Numbered from the stretch's first letter, positions 1 to 15,756 are shown. The stretch: 64,000 nucleotides of DNA from the human T2T-CHM13v2.0 reference genome, Homo sapiens (GCF_009914755.1 NC_060945.1); one strand, 5' to 3'. Numbers and translations are program-made. The notes: generated by a model not told the origin, from the letters alone.

Positions 1-1622
1 AAATATATCTATTTCTGTACTTAGAAGAAGATTAAGAAATGTAAAAGTATGTACTATTATTATCTATGGGTGTTGAGATTACAAGAGTTTCTTAATTTTT
101 TCTGTATATTTTAAATATTTTTCAAATTTTCTAAAATGTTTTTCTAAAAATTAACTGAGGAAAAAATAAAATTAGACAAAGAGAAAAAGAATGAAAGAAA
201 TATAGAGAGAGGCTATTTCTGTGCTGAAGTAAAAGATCCCTCCTGTTTACTACTCTTAAACAAAAAAAAATTGTCTTTAATGAATATGATGCTTCTACAA
301 GTATCTAGCTATGATAGTCATTATCACTCCCTTTAGATTTCTCTTTTTAAAGTTAATAATAATCTTATTTCTTCTGCATGTATCCCTGCATTTATTTCAG
401 AAAAGCTCCCTGAGGTGATGGCAAAATGTTTGGGATTATTAATTGAATTATTTTTCTGCTGTGTTATTTTTCAAAAAAAAAAAACTCAAGTGTATTTTTA
501 AAAAATATATGGGTTACAGTACATGAACCCAAATTTTGACTATATTTCTTAAAATATATATTATTCTATCTTAACGACATGGTTTTACCTATGACATTTA
601 ATCCCGTATTTAATTGTTCTCATCTCAATATTTTATATTGGAGGTGATAGAGATAATTATTTCTGTACAATTAATGCTTATATATTATACATGAAAGAAA
701 AATACATGTAAAAGAATAATTAGCAAAATAATCTAAAAATTTTCTGTTTTGTTGACTTCAGTGAAGAGAAAATACATTAGGTCAACTAAAGATTTATGCA
801 TTTATTTTAAGTTATGTGAAAATATTGAGTTCATCTGAGTTTTAACTATAAGAGATAATGACACACGTCACATATTCATGTGACACTCAATCATAATTTT
901 ATTAGGAAAGGAACCAAAGCAGTTATAAACTAAGAAGACTTTGGTTCAATTAAAAATATTAATACTATTGAAAACATACAAGAAATAATGATGGTATTTA
1001 ATTAATGCATTAGTAACCCTTTATAGATTATAACATATCACTGGTTGATTTTGCCACCATGCTGGGTATTAATGACATTACTTATCAATCTATAAATCTA
1101 ACTAATGTAGCGTATATATGAATGGCAACTAAATTTTAGATATTATATTTCATTTGTGTGGCCCATTTTATAAATGTATACTTTTTTGTACTTATTTATC
1201 TATTTACTTATCTCATATGACAGAGTTGATTTACAGTATTTTTCTTGTCATTAAATTAAATCTCCCCATCTGAGACAGAATCATTAAGAGCAGCCACACC
1301 TAAAGAATAGCTACTGCTATTTAACATACAGTTACCTTGCCTAGAATAACAGGAATTAGATACAGGCATTTATAGGATAGTTTATTGAATATTATCACCC
1401 CCTTTTAAGAGTGTTACCTTAAATCATATAAAATACATTTTGACAGAAATTTGGTATCTATTTATCCTACAAAAAACTTCTTTTAAAAATTTATGTTCTT
1501 TAAACTTTTCTACATTTTTTCCCATTTGCTGCTCTTCATATTTTTATTCTATCTGGAAAAATCATAGAGCATCATGAAATTTAATTTTGGGAAAATTACT
1601 GGCTTAAGGAGAATATGGTCAC

Positions 1623-2076
1623 TGATATGGTTTGGCTGTATCCTCACCCAAATCTCATCTTGAATTCCTACGTGTTATGGGAGTAACCTGGTGGGAGGTA
1701 ATTGAATCATGGGGACAGGTCTTTCCTGTACTGTTCTGTCACTGATATGCTTTGGCTGTGTCTCTACCCAAATCTCATCTTAAATTCCCATTTGTTGTGG
1801 GAGGAATCTGGTGGGAGGTAACTGAAATCTTGGAGGCAGGTCTTTCCTGTACTGTTCTGGTGGTAGTGATGGTTTTGAAACTGGGAGTTTCCCTACACAA
1901 GTTCTCTTTGCTTACTGCCATTCATGTAAGACGTGACTTGCTCTTCCTTGCCTTCCACCATGATTGTGAGGCTTCCCCAGCCACGTGGAACTGTAAGTCC
2001 AATTAGACCTCTTTCCTTCGTAAATTGCCCAGTCTTGGGTGTGTCTTTATCAGCAGTATGAAAACAGACTGTTACA
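1623..2076 (+). mobile_element. THE1 (ERVL-MaLR) solo LTR with a duplicated 5' end
   Basis: TGATATGGTTTGGCTG start, ...TACA end, 5-bp TSD GTCAC (1618-1622, 2077-2081). Confidence 0.95.
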
Positions 2077-2438
2077 GTCACCTATAAATGAACTATGTCA
2101 AAACAAACATTCCATGGATTATTAAATCCATTGATATTAATGATTTATTTACATACATAAACAAAACAAAAAGTCACTTAACAATGGCAATAATAATAAT
2201 GTTTGTTTGCATTTATTAAGCTCTTAATATGTAGGAGGCACTGTTCTAAGCCCTTTACATGTATGAATTTATTAAAACAAATTATCTGGCAATTAATTGA
2301 ATTTGAGAAAGTTTGAGCCAAGTTGATCCATCTCCGTTCTATTATTTAAGGCCAATAGGTCAAACAGATAAAATTACTCACCTGGCATTAATGTTTATAT
2401 TGGAACAAAGATATCAGCTTAAAGAATGTCTGCATCTG

Positions 2439-2816
<378 letters not shown>

Positions 2817-4150
2817 TTAGTTGTCTATTAATTCACTTCAGTGTTAGTTATGAGTTGATCCTAAAAATAGAAATATTGCATTCACCAATTATATTAGGTG
2901 AAGAGTTGAAAAAGTTACCTATTTTTTTTCTTCTGTCTGTGGATTTTATTCACTCCCTATGCGTACCAAAGAACACACAATCAACACAAGCTTCCAGATG
3001 CAGAGATTTGTTCTGAACTCTGTGGAGCAGGTTTGCTTAACAGCAAGCATTCTCTCATCAATTTTACCTTCAGCATTTGAGATTTCGTTAACTCCTTAAG
3101 CTAATTCAAATATTGACATTTTTCAGCACTGTTCATTTTGTAATCAGGGAGCAACAGAAAAAAAAGATGAGAAAGCACATCACAAAATCACATAAATTCA
3201 AAAGACATATTTGTATCTCACACAAATAGTACCTCTGAGCTCCAACAAGAGTAATTCAGTGGCAAGCCTGAAAGTATTGATTTGTTCAAACCCCCCCAAG
3301 GGCCATGCCCTTTCTCTATTTAGTGAGAAAAAAATACAAAAATGTGTCATTTATAACAAAGATTTTAATATCAAGCTGATCAAAAGCTATGTTATAATGG
3401 CCCACGTACTCATTAAATTTTAAATTTATTTTTAGTATTTTTTCATTACTTAGATTTATTTATTTCTATACATTTTAGTATCATAACATCCTCCCCCTTT
3501 CAACGAATCTGAGAGTACAATTTTCCTTCACAGTCGACAGTCATTCTTCTCAAGAAGAGAAATAATTTTGGAAATGATGAAGAATGAGATTGCCTTGCTG
3601 ATTTTAATCCAAAAGATGCTTTGAGGTGAAATCTGACAGAGGGTCCCTGCGGATATTTTATACTGTATCAGCATTGCCGTTGTCTTTCCTAATCAGCAGT
3701 TTTATCTATTCTCCATGGTAGGGCATAGATATTTTTTTTATGCTTGAGATTTCACAGAATGGGAAGTCTGAAGCCCTGAAGATTTCTGATCACATTTTTC
3801 AAAAGCATCATAACTTATTCATTCATCACTTGTGGTTCCACACATACATGCAATTACCATATGTATCTCTCTCTGCTAAGGCCTATGTTACCATGGAGAC
3901 AATGGACTTCTTTGATATTTGAGGACACTGGTCACTTTTACTACTCGCTGAAATGTGGTTTTAGCTAATATCATTAGGTTAAGTTATTCAAACAACCCAG
4001 TTAAATTTATCATATTAAACACTACCAATTATATTTTCAACTTACAATTTATGCATAACACAAAACTACCTTTAGAACATGCCTGAGTCTGTTGCTTAAC
4101 AGTACATGTTCACAAAATTAAACACAAGTACAAAAATTATTCATATCTAA

Positions 4151-4494
<344 letters not shown>

Positions 4495-4953
4495 CTTCCT
4501 CTTAATTTTAAATGCACGCTTCAGATGTGTAGGAAAGGTAAATTTTTTTCTCTATTTTCTCTTGCCTTAAGATTCTCTGCCTTAGATTTTTATATCAAAG
4601 TATGCAGTGTCATTTGTATAGTAATATCTACTTCCATGACAGAGAAACAAATCTAGTAAACTAACTCAAACTAACACATTAATAACAATGAATTTGACAT
4701 ACAAAAGTATTTGTATTTTATCAAAAGATTTCTTATAGAATGTATTCATCCTAGGGAGGTTCCATAATGGAAGTATGAGATCCTGGGGCATCTTTTCCTT
4801 GGAGAATTTTAGACGATATCTGACCTTCAATATGTGATAAGAAACTGCCCTGTCATCAAAGTCAATGTTATCACTGTTAAGTGAGGATTTGTTTGTGTTA
4901 AATTAAATGATTAATGGATGTGGGAAATTATGTCTTAATAAGAAAATAGAATT

Positions 4954-5190
4954 AGCCTGGGCAACATGGCAAAACCCCGTTTCTACAAAAAATGCAAAAA
5001 TTAGCCAGGCCTGGTGGCTTGTGCTTGTAGTCTCAGCTACTAGGGAGGCTGAGGTAGGAGGATCGCTTGAACCTGGGAAGCGGAAGGCTGCAGTAAGCCA
5101 AGATCATGTCACTGCACTCCAACCTGAGTGACAGAGTGAGACCCTGTCTCAAAATAAATAAATAGATAAATAAATAAAAAACAAATGAAA
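4954..5190 (+). mobile_element. 5'-truncated Alu (J type)
   Basis: Alu right arm and A-rich tail. Confidence 0.9.
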
Positions 5191-6239
5191 GAACGAATGA
5201 AAATAGAATTCACTTAAGCATATATCCACCCAACTAAATCTGGCCCAACTGATTTTTCTGGTTTTATTCCCTTAGAGGCAACGTGGACTAAGGAAAAGAG
5301 AATGATCCTGAAAGGTTAAATAGAATTATGGCTTTGACAACTAATGCTGCCTAACACTGGACAACTCAGGTAAGATCATTCTCTCTTACAAAGTCGCCTT
5401 TCCACAATTTGCCTTGTTGATCAGTTCCTTTCTATTTTTATCTGGTTTGTTGTCTCTCTTCTGTCATTTCTGCTCTACCTCTAAGATGATTTTTTGTTCT
5501 TGTTTTCTTGTCTCCTCCATACATTTTTGTGCTTATGAAAATTTCTTACTTGTTTTCTTCTCTTCACCAACTAAAATCTACCTTTAGACTAGAAATGTGT
5601 GACCATTTCTTACGTTGTGTGACTATTTAGCAGTCTGGCATAGCCTGTAAGCCTTTTTCTGAGAACGATGTTTTCAATGCGTGAAAGCAAATACAAAGAA
5701 TGATAAAGGAAATCGCTGAAATACAGGTGTGAAACTAGGGTAGTCCCCTCTTATCTGCAAAGGATACAATCCAAGACCCCAGTGTATGCCTGTAATTTGG
5801 ATAGTATTGAACCCAGCTGCCATCAATCAGAGCACAGTTCTGTTCATGTCTTCCACCCACATATTTATTGCCTCTTCTATCTCCTAACTAAGCACTTATT
5901 ATGCACTGGGACAATAATTTTTGCAGTTTGAGGTGCAACAGACAAACTGGCACAAAACTCTTTTCTCTTCGCCAGATTAAGGATGGAAGATTTGATCTTA
6001 CCATATGTTATAGTAACTTCAGCATACAATTTTTTCCTTTCTTCTTTGCTTTGACAATATTCACTTTTTCGTTTTAAAGAAAGTACTTTAAGACGTCTTT
6101 TTGGCATATGCGAGTTGCCAGCATCGCTACTCTTGTTCTTTGGGGCCATGATGAAGTAAAAGAAGGGTTATTTGAACACAAACACTGGACGAAGGAATGA
6201 TTCACAATGCCCAGGGCAGTAGGGAGTGGAACAGAGTGA

Positions 6240-6895
<656 letters not shown>

Positions 6896-7263
6896 CAGTT
6901 GGACAATATTGATAGATAATTAAAACGTGGCATTTTGCCAAGGTAAGTTAACTAAATTATCTGAGCTATGTTTGTGAATAAATGAATGATAAATATATAT
7001 ATATATATACACACATGTAAATATGTGTAATTATATATGTATATTCATATTTATACATAACTCCTATGGCAAAATGGTTTTTCCACTCACCCTCGCCCCC
7101 TTAAATTCTGACGCCCTCGGCCTCCCAAAGAGCTGGGGTTACAGGTGTGAACCACCGCACCTGGCCTGAAATATTTTTCATTTGATATTTTTAGACCAAG
7201 GTTGGCTGCAGTTAATGGAAACCATAGGCAGTGAAATGTGAATAATGCGAGAGGACTACTGGA

Positions 7264-7702
7264 TAGTTGACCCTCGAGCAACATGGGTTTGGGCTGCATA
7301 GATCCCCTTCTACACAGATTTTTTTTCTCCATCTGCCATCCCTGAGATCTCAAGACCAACTCTTCCTCCTTATCATCCTCTTCATCCTACTCAATGTGAA
7401 GATGAAGTGAATGAAGATCTTTATGATAATCTACTTTCACTTAATGAATAGTAAATATATTTTCTCTTCCTTTTGATTTTTAATCACATTTTATTTTCTC
7501 TAACTTTATTGTAACAATACCTTATATAAAACATTTAATATACAAAATATGTGTTAATCAACTATTTATATTATTGGTAAGGCATCCAGTCAACTATAGG
7601 CTGTTGGTAGTTAAGTGTTGGGGAAGTCAAAATTTATCCAGAGATTTTCTACTTTGAGGGAAGCCAGCGTCCCCCACCCCCATATTGTTCAAGGGTCAAC
7701 TG
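7264..7702 (+). mobile_element. Tigger2a-like DNA transposon
   Basis: TIRs (c)agttgaccctcgagcaaca and tgttcaagggtcaactg with flanking TA. Confidence 0.85.
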
Positions 7703-7876
7703 TAATTTAAAATACTTTATTAACATAAGTCAAAAGATCTAAAGACACGTTTCATAGGTATCATAATTTCAAAATAAGGATAAGCACCAATAATCTTTCA
7801 AAATGTCTGCAGCAACTATAATGTTACATGAGAGTATGTGAAGTTTATGTTGGTGATACTGTGCTCTGTTCTCTAG

Positions 7877-8158
7877 GACATGATGGCTCATACCTGTAAT
7901 CCCAGCACTTTGGGAGGCTGAGGCGGGTTAATCACCTGATGTCAGGAGTTTGAGACCAGCCTGGCCAACAGGGTAAAACCCTGTCTCTACTGAAAATACG
8001 AAAATTAGCCAGGCATGGTTGTGGGCGCCTGTAATGCCACCTAGTCGGGAGGCTGAGGCAGAAGAATCACTTGAACTCAGGAGGTGGAAGTTGCAGTGAG
8101 CTAAGATTGTTACATTGCACTCTAGCCTGGATGACAAGAGTGAAACTCTGTCAAAAAA
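7877..8158 (+). mobile_element. AluS-like
   Basis: Alu body whose tail has expanded into a purine repeat. Confidence 0.95.
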
Positions 8159-8205
8159 GGAAAGGAGGGGAAGGGAAGGGAAGAAGAGAGAGAGAGAGAG
8201 AAGGA

Positions 8206-8289
<84 letters not shown>

Positions 8290-8348
8290 GAAAGGAAGAA
8301 AGAAAGAAAGGGAGAGAAGGAGGGAGGGAGGAAGGAAGGAAGGAAGGA

Positions 8349-8416
<68 letters not shown>

Positions 8417-8738
8417 AAAGGAAAGGAAAGGAAGGGAAGGAGGGAGGGAGGGAGGGAAAGGAAGGAAGGAAAGAAAGAAAAAGGGAAGAAAGGAAAGAAA
8501 GGAAAGAAAGAAAAAAGAAAGAAAGAGAGAGAAGGAGAGAGGGAGGGAGGGAGGGAGGAAGGAAGGAAAAAAGAAAGGAAAGGAAAGGAAGGAGGGAGGG
8601 AGGGAGGGAAAGGAAGGAAGGAAAGAAAGAAAAAGGGAAGAAAGGAAAGAAAAAAAGAAGGAAAGAGAAGGAAAGGAATGAAGGGAGGGAGGGAGGGAGG
8701 AAGGAAGGAAGGAAGAAAGGAAGGAAGGAAGGAAGGAA
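8155..8738 (+). repeat. (GAAA)n/(GGAA)n/(GGGA)n polypurine tract
   Basis: About 580 bp almost entirely A/G. Confidence 0.98.
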
Positions 8739-10387
8739 ATGGTATTTTAAGAGGTTAGTCAAAATAATGACGTATTATTTTCTCTCAAGATCACAGACTC
8801 CTTACTTCTCTCCATGGATTCCTTAGGTGAAGACCACTTTCTGTAGATCAACCCCTCCTCATCCCCTATTTAATAACAGTTCATATCATAATGCTTCTTA
8901 ATAAATAATTTTATTTCCCTTTTCACTGATATGATTGGAAACTTTTTGAGGTCATCAACCTTTGTATGTTTGATGACATTGCCAGTGACTAATCAATAAA
9001 TATTTTGGAACAAGTAGAAGAGATCTTGCTGTTCACTCCCGGTGTCTCTCAAAGAAATCCAGCCCTGTGTAGGTGATTGCTAATAAGACTTATCTATTCC
9101 TAATATGAGTGTGAGATGAGGTGCTTCATGAGAACTATGACAAATTCCCAAAGAATTTAGTCCTCCCAATACGTTGGAACTAAGGCTAAAGTTTAGGCTG
9201 TCTCCTATGTCCTCCCTCAATAAATAAATAAACCTATTTATGTATCTAATAAATTACATTAGGATAAAATGTAAATGTTCTTAGTCAAGGAGAGGGAGAT
9301 AAGAAGGGAGAAACTGTCTCACCTGGCCCTATTTGCTACCCAGAAAACATAGGAAAATAAAGATATAAGAATGGGAATTTATGGAATATAAATGGAGAAG
9401 AGACACTAGCCAAGAGAAATTCAACCCCAGGTCCCTTGGAGTTAAGAAAGAAAAACATTAAATAGGCCCAGTTCTAATAATTCTAATAGGCATGCCTCTT
9501 AACAAAAACAAATCATCAAATGCTTAGGAATGAGACACCTCAATTTTCAAGTCTTTTTTGTCATGTAGAGAAGGCCCCTCCTCTGAAAAAGTCTCTCAGG
9601 ACATACGTCAGTCATGTTATCTTGTTATAGTCAAAGCAGTTACCACCTGGAAACCCTTCGAGATCAATGACCAAATGCTTAAAGTACCACTCAGTGATTG
9701 TGAAAGGATTAAACATCAATAAATGGCTAATATTGCACCTGGTAGTGAGTATGGTTGAGTTTCTCTCCAAATTTTCTTTCTGAAAATTTACAGAGCCTTG
9801 ATTATAAGCAATGTGCTTGATTCAGAAACATCAGCCAACTTGGAATTACAACTTGCACTGCTGGGTTTGTTTGCAAATAAAATAAAAGCAAGAAGAAAAA
9901 CACAGAGACAAGATTATAAAAGACACTAGAATTTGGAAAAGAGATTAAATATTATTAAAATATCATTCCTAGGAATTAGAAACAGTTCTGTAAGCAATAA
10001 CCTAATAGTAGACTGCACAAAACGCCATAACAGAAATTAAATTTTCATTTGTGAACAGGAATAATGAGGTAATATAAAAGAGATGGACTTGGATTTTTTT
10101 GCCACTAAAGATTAATAATTGTCTAAGGTCTGTATTCAGAATTAAGATGCACATTTGGTTGTAGAGAAAGATCATTTATTAGGTGTGCTCATCCTTTAAC
10201 CTTGGTCCACAGTCATGGCATGAAATAGATGCAATTTCCATTTCACCAGCACTGGTGTCAGGCTATTTCAATATATATACTAGATAAAATATATATACTA
10301 GATACAATATATATTTCAATATGTATACTAGATAAAAGTAAGTATGTCCTTTCTAGAGAAAAATGCAATATAAAAAGGGCATATAAT

Positions 10388-10720
10388 GGCCGGGCATGGT
10401 GGCTCGCACCTGTAATCCGAGCTCTTTGGGAGGCCGAGGCGGGTGTATCGCCTGAGGTTGGGAGTTCGAGACCAGCTTGGCCAACATGGAGAAAACCCAT
10501 CTCTACTAAAAATACAAACAAAATTAGCCGGGCGTGGTGGCGCATGCCTGTAATCCCAGCTACTCAGGAGGCTGAGGCAGGAGAATTGCTTGAACCCGGG
10601 AGGAGGAGGTTGCAACGAGCTGAAGATCGTGCCATTGCACTCCAGCCTGGGCAACGAAAGCGAAACTCTGTCTCAAAAGAAAACAAAAGAAAACAAAACA
10701 AACAAAGCAAAACAAAAAAA
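10388..10720 (+). mobile_element. AluS-like
   Basis: Full dimer, TSD aaaa(t)gggcatat. Confidence 0.97.
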
Positions 10721-11904
10721 TGGGCATATTAATAAAAAGTAGTCCTTTTCAATGTGAATGTTGGACACGATATTGTCAAGTTAGTTGTTGGGAAAGATTG
10801 ACATCTAAAAGGTGCTCTAACCATTTTGGAAATAATTTATAGTTATGAAATTATTACCTTAAAACCATATTGTATTGGCATAATGCTTTACTTTTATTTC
10901 TTTAAGGCTTTAAAATCATTTTATCATGTTTAGATTCTGTATGAAGTAGTATATTAAATAATACGATACTTATTTCCACGCAAAAATGTAGAGTTTATAT
11001 TTTTAATTGTGGTGTGTCAAGGTTTATTTGAAAACTAAATATATAAACTATAATATTAAAAATATATAAATTGTAATAAGTAGTCAGTTTGTCTCAAATT
11101 TTAATTGTAAATTATCAGTATCCTTTGCCTGGATGTCCGTATAGACTGGACTGTCTGTTTCAGTTGGATAACTCAGCAGGTTCAGCGGTAGATAGGAGTT
11201 GATATTCATTAGAGGGCTAAGATTACACCAGATAGTTTTCATCGTGTTTCCCATCATATCCCAAAACATTGCAGTAAAGTAGAACGTTCTATCCATGTTA
11301 CAGATGAAGAAATTATATCTAATATAGATGAAATAGCCCACAATTTTAGGCTAAATCCAAATTTAGTCCAGAATCCAAATCCAAATCTGTATAGTACATT
11401 TTGAAATAAGAAAGTGTGATGCCTCCAGCTTTGGTCTTTCTCAAGATTTCCTTGGCTATTCTGGTTTTTTTTTTTTTTTTTTTTACTCTGTATGAATTTG
11501 AATTTTTTTTCTATTTTTGTGGAAAATGCACAGCTCTACCATTCATCCTAGTGTCTTCCATGATGCATTTGGTTCCTAATTCGCTTGAGACATTAAAAAT
11601 TCAATTGCAACACTATCACAATGTATCATTATTTTCTGAGTTAAACAATTTTTTCCAGCCCTTAGACTAGGATCATGGTAAACTTATGGTAAATTAGGTT
11701 TCTTGCTGGTGTTGTTATTATTTTGGATTTTTCAATTTTTATACGGCAAGATAATGTTTTCCTAATAAGGACTGTTTCTCATTCCTAGATTCTTGATTTG
11801 GGGTGGGAGGAGAGGGTTTTTTCCCAGGACATCTCTATTCAGATCTAGGTTTTAGCCCTGTCTTCCAAAGTATAGAATATACATGTGTGAGAAAAATATT
11901 TCAG

Positions 11905-13105
11905 AGTTGTAAAAGTTTCTTATGTATTTTGAAAATTAACCACTTAATTTTGTTAATAAGGTTTGGAAATGTTTTCTCCCATTCTGTAGCTTGCCTTTTC
12001 ATTCTGTTGATTGTTTTCTTTGCTGTGCAGAAAATTTTACTTTGATGTCGTCCTATTTTTCTATTTTTGCTTTAGCAGACTATGCTTTTGATGTCATAGC
12101 TAAGAAATAATTACCAAAATCAATTTCAACAAGTTTTTCCCTGTGTATGTGTGTTTTTCCCCCCTAGGAGTTGTACAGTGTCAGTTCTTGTGTTTAAATC
12201 TTTATCCATTGTTAGTTGATTTTTGTCTGTAATTAAGATAAGGGTAAAATTTTATCATATTTGCATATGAATATATATAGTGTTTCCAAAACCATTTGTT
12301 GAACTGTACTCAACACCACTGTACTCTTCTCATTGTATGTTATTGGCATCCTTGTCAAACCTCAGGTAACCATAAGTATTAATATATGCATAGGTGTATT
12401 TCAGGGCTCTGTATGCTGCCCCATCTGTCTTTATATCTATCTTTATGTCAGTACCACACTGTTTTAATTATTATAGCTTTGAATTTTGAATTTTGAAATA
12501 AGGAAATGTGCTGCCTCCAGCTTTGGTCTTTCTCAAGATTGCTTCAGCTATTCTGGTTTCTTTTTGTGAATCTATATGAATTTGAATGTTGTTTTCTATC
12601 TTTGTAAAATGTGCCAGTGGGATTTTGACAGAGAGAGCATTAAATCTAATATGGAAATAGCTTTCGGTATTATAGATATTTTCACAGTATTAAGTATTTT
12701 AATCCATGAACATGAGATATTTCTTTCATATATTGTGTCTATTTGATATCTTTCATTGTGTTTGTAGTTTTTCAGTGTACAATTATTTTACTTCCTTGGT
12801 TAAGTCTATTTCTATATCGTCTATTCTTTTTTGATGTTATTATAACTAAAACCTTTAATTTCCATTTTAGATGTGTTTTGTTAGTACATGGAAACACAAC
12901 TGACTTTTTTATGTTGATATTGTATCCTGCAACTTTACCAATTCCTCTGGCTAGGTTTTCCAGTGCTATGTTGAATAGAAGTGGTGAGAGTGGACATTCT
13001 TCTCTTTTTCCTGATCTTACAGAAAAAGCTTTCACTTTTTCACCATGAAGTATAATGCTCCCTGTGAGCCTACATATATGACCTTTATTATGTTGATGTA
13101 CATTT
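11905..13105 (-). mobile_element. Old L1 (L1M-type) ORF2 fragments
   Basis: ORF 12772..13035 [20 protein letters not shown] is an L1 reverse transcriptase motif; typical L1 antisense sequence. Confidence 0.9.
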
Positions 13106-13149
13106 AATTATTACTCCCATTAATTCTCCAAAGATGGAGGTCTGGAATT

Positions 13150-14530
13150 GAAGAAATATGCAAAGGTGCGTAAAATGCAATTTACATACAATTATATGGT
13201 AGTAAGTAAATGCTATAAGAATAATGGAGAACAGCAGGGGACAAAAAAGGATAGTGTAGTTGTTGGGAGCTCTTTTCTTGAGGGTGGTCAGATTCTAATT
13301 GAACAGAAACATGATGGCAGTTAGGGGACAGGTCATGTGGAGAGCTGACAGAAACCTGTTGCCAACAAGGGAAACAACAAGTCCAGAAGTTTTGAGGAAG
13401 CTGTGTGCATGACATGTTTGATGAATAGCAGGAAGGTCAGTAAGGCTAGAGGTGAATGAGGAAAGATAAGTGAAAGGAGATGAGATCTTGCAGGTGGGAA
13501 AGTAGTTCATGAGGATTTTTAAGTTATGGTGTGAATCGTGAACTACTACATGCCACAAAAAACTTGCCCATGTGCTAGAGGCTTTGGCCAAACTTTAGCC
13601 CAGCTTCTACCTGCACTAGGCCTTGTCCTCACAGTGGCCATAAGCCCTGAGCAATGTTATTCTGCCAAACCACAAAATATAATTCATACCAACCCACATT
13701 GTCAAACCATGTTCAGTAATGTTTTACTCACTCTTCTTCTGTAATTTTTCATTTCCTGGTAGCCCCCTTTTTGGTTCCTCAGGCACCCTCTTTTCCCCAT
13801 CCCTTTCTCTTTTTTTCACATCCCTGTGTCCCTTTATGTTCTCTCTCAGTTCTTCCTTTAAAAACCTTAGTCACCTTTATTTTAGTTGGCATTGAGTTCA
13901 TTCCATATTGGACTCTGTCTTCCTGTTGTAGGCTGAATGTTTTGTCCCTCAAAATTCATAGGCTAAAATCCTAACCCCAAAGGTGATGGGGACTTTGGAA
14001 GGTGATTAGGTCATGAGACTTCTGCCCTCATGAATAGGATCAGTGCCCTTGTAAAAGATGCCCAAGGAATCTCTCTCTCCTGTTCCGCCATATGAGTTCA
14101 GTGAGAAAGTGGTATTTACAACATGGGAACCAGACCCTAGCCAGGCACTTAATTTGCCAACATCTTGATCTTGAGCTTCCCAGCCTCCTGGACGGTGAGA
14201 AGTACATTTATGTTGCTTATAAGCTACCTAGGTCATGGTGATTTTTTAACAGCAGCCTGAAATGATTAAGACACTTTTCTACTACAATACTTCAAATAAA
14301 ATTTGTCTTGTTTTTTCACTCTGGTAACCATAAGGATTTTGACCTATATTTCACACAATATGGAAAGTCATTGAAAAGGTTTGGACGAAGAATGACATGT
14401 TTGGACAAAGAATGACATAACACAAAGAATGACATGTTTGGACAAAGAATGACATAACACTTGTGTTTTATACAAACATCTCTAGCTATTACAGGAAATA
14501 ACAGGAGAGCTTCAAAAACAGAGAGACATT
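13150..14530 (-). mobile_element. L2 fragments with nested LTRs
   Basis: L2 3'-region-like sequence at about 13150-13530 and 14330-14530. Confidence 0.6.
13924..14273 (+). mobile_element. MLT1A/MST-type MaLR LTR
   Basis: tgttgtaggctgaatg...ttaagaca. Confidence 0.85.
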
Positions 14531-15721
14531 TTGAAAGACCATGGGTTTGCTGAATTCTCCTGAGCTAAGTCCAAGGCCTCCTTCAGACCCAGAAGAGCTT
14601 TCTTGACATTCAGTACTGAGGCTGGGTTGATTTAAGGAGTAAATACAGCAGAGATTTAGGAGAATGGAATTGCCAAATATAACTGTTCAGTCATTCAGTG
14701 TCACAAAGTCCAGTCTCTTCACTTAAGTTGATAAACTTGGGACCAAATTAGCACACATATGGTAAGCAAGATGAGCCTACTCCGAATGGGATTGTGTTTA
14801 CCCATTGTGATGTTAGGGACACTGTGAAGGACACGTTCTCTTAAAATCTTTAGTCCTCAATTCCTAAAATTCCTCAGTTAGGTATCTATATCTTTGTATT
14901 CAGAACTGCTTTATCTACAGTCTACTGTTCTAATTTAAATACACCTAGAAGAATATCATGTAAATGTCACATCTCTTTACTGTGGATACATTTAGGAACA
15001 CATAGGAAAAGCAGATCAGAATAAAAAACATTGATCCCTGAAAGATGGGAGTAAAAATATGCTGAAATAAGATACAAGTGTTAAAAGCTGGGGATGTCAA
15101 TGAGTCACAGTCAATCTTTGCCTGCTCACAATTTTGCCAAGGGCTGGCCAGAGAGTAGAATAAAATCTTGAACTAGCTGTAGTCAAAAATAATTTTTTAA
15201 ATAAATATAAACAGATGCAACAAATTATGAGAAAATTGACTGGAAAATTACTATAGAAAAAATATTTAACAAAGAGTTTTGAGGAAGAATTATAATAATA
15301 GCTGAAATTTATTAAGCAGAGCAATTCACATAAGCTAGTTACTGTTCTAAGGTATGTATACATATATTTATATAATGTGTACATGTATGTGTGCACACAT
15401 GTGTATATATGTGCACATATATATTCATTTCACCTTTATGACAAGCCAATGAGTTAGAAAATATTATTTTACCATTCAATATTTGTAGAAAATAAAACAC
15501 AGAAAAATTAAAGGACTTACCCAAGACTATGCAGCTAATACCTGACTTGGCAGAATTTGAACACGAGTCTCACTCCAGAGTCTATGAAATGTAACACTGC
15601 AAGCATATCTTAAAAGAGCAACATAACATTTTGTTTCCTGCAAATATAGAAACTCTTCATTTCATGTTAACACTTCCTTTTATGTAAATGCAGTCTTTGA
15701 GTGCAATTGATAGAAAAATCA

Positions 15722-15722
<1 letters not shown>

Positions 15723-15754
<32 letters not shown>
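15723..15754 (+). repeat. (AC)n microsatellite
   Basis: Direct inspection. Confidence 0.98.

Positions 15755-15756
<2 letters not shown>

Noticed and set aside
8071-8826. Long K/E/R-rich and F/L/S-rich ORFs (also 29654-30145 and 37823-38364)
   Set aside because: Translations of simple repeats
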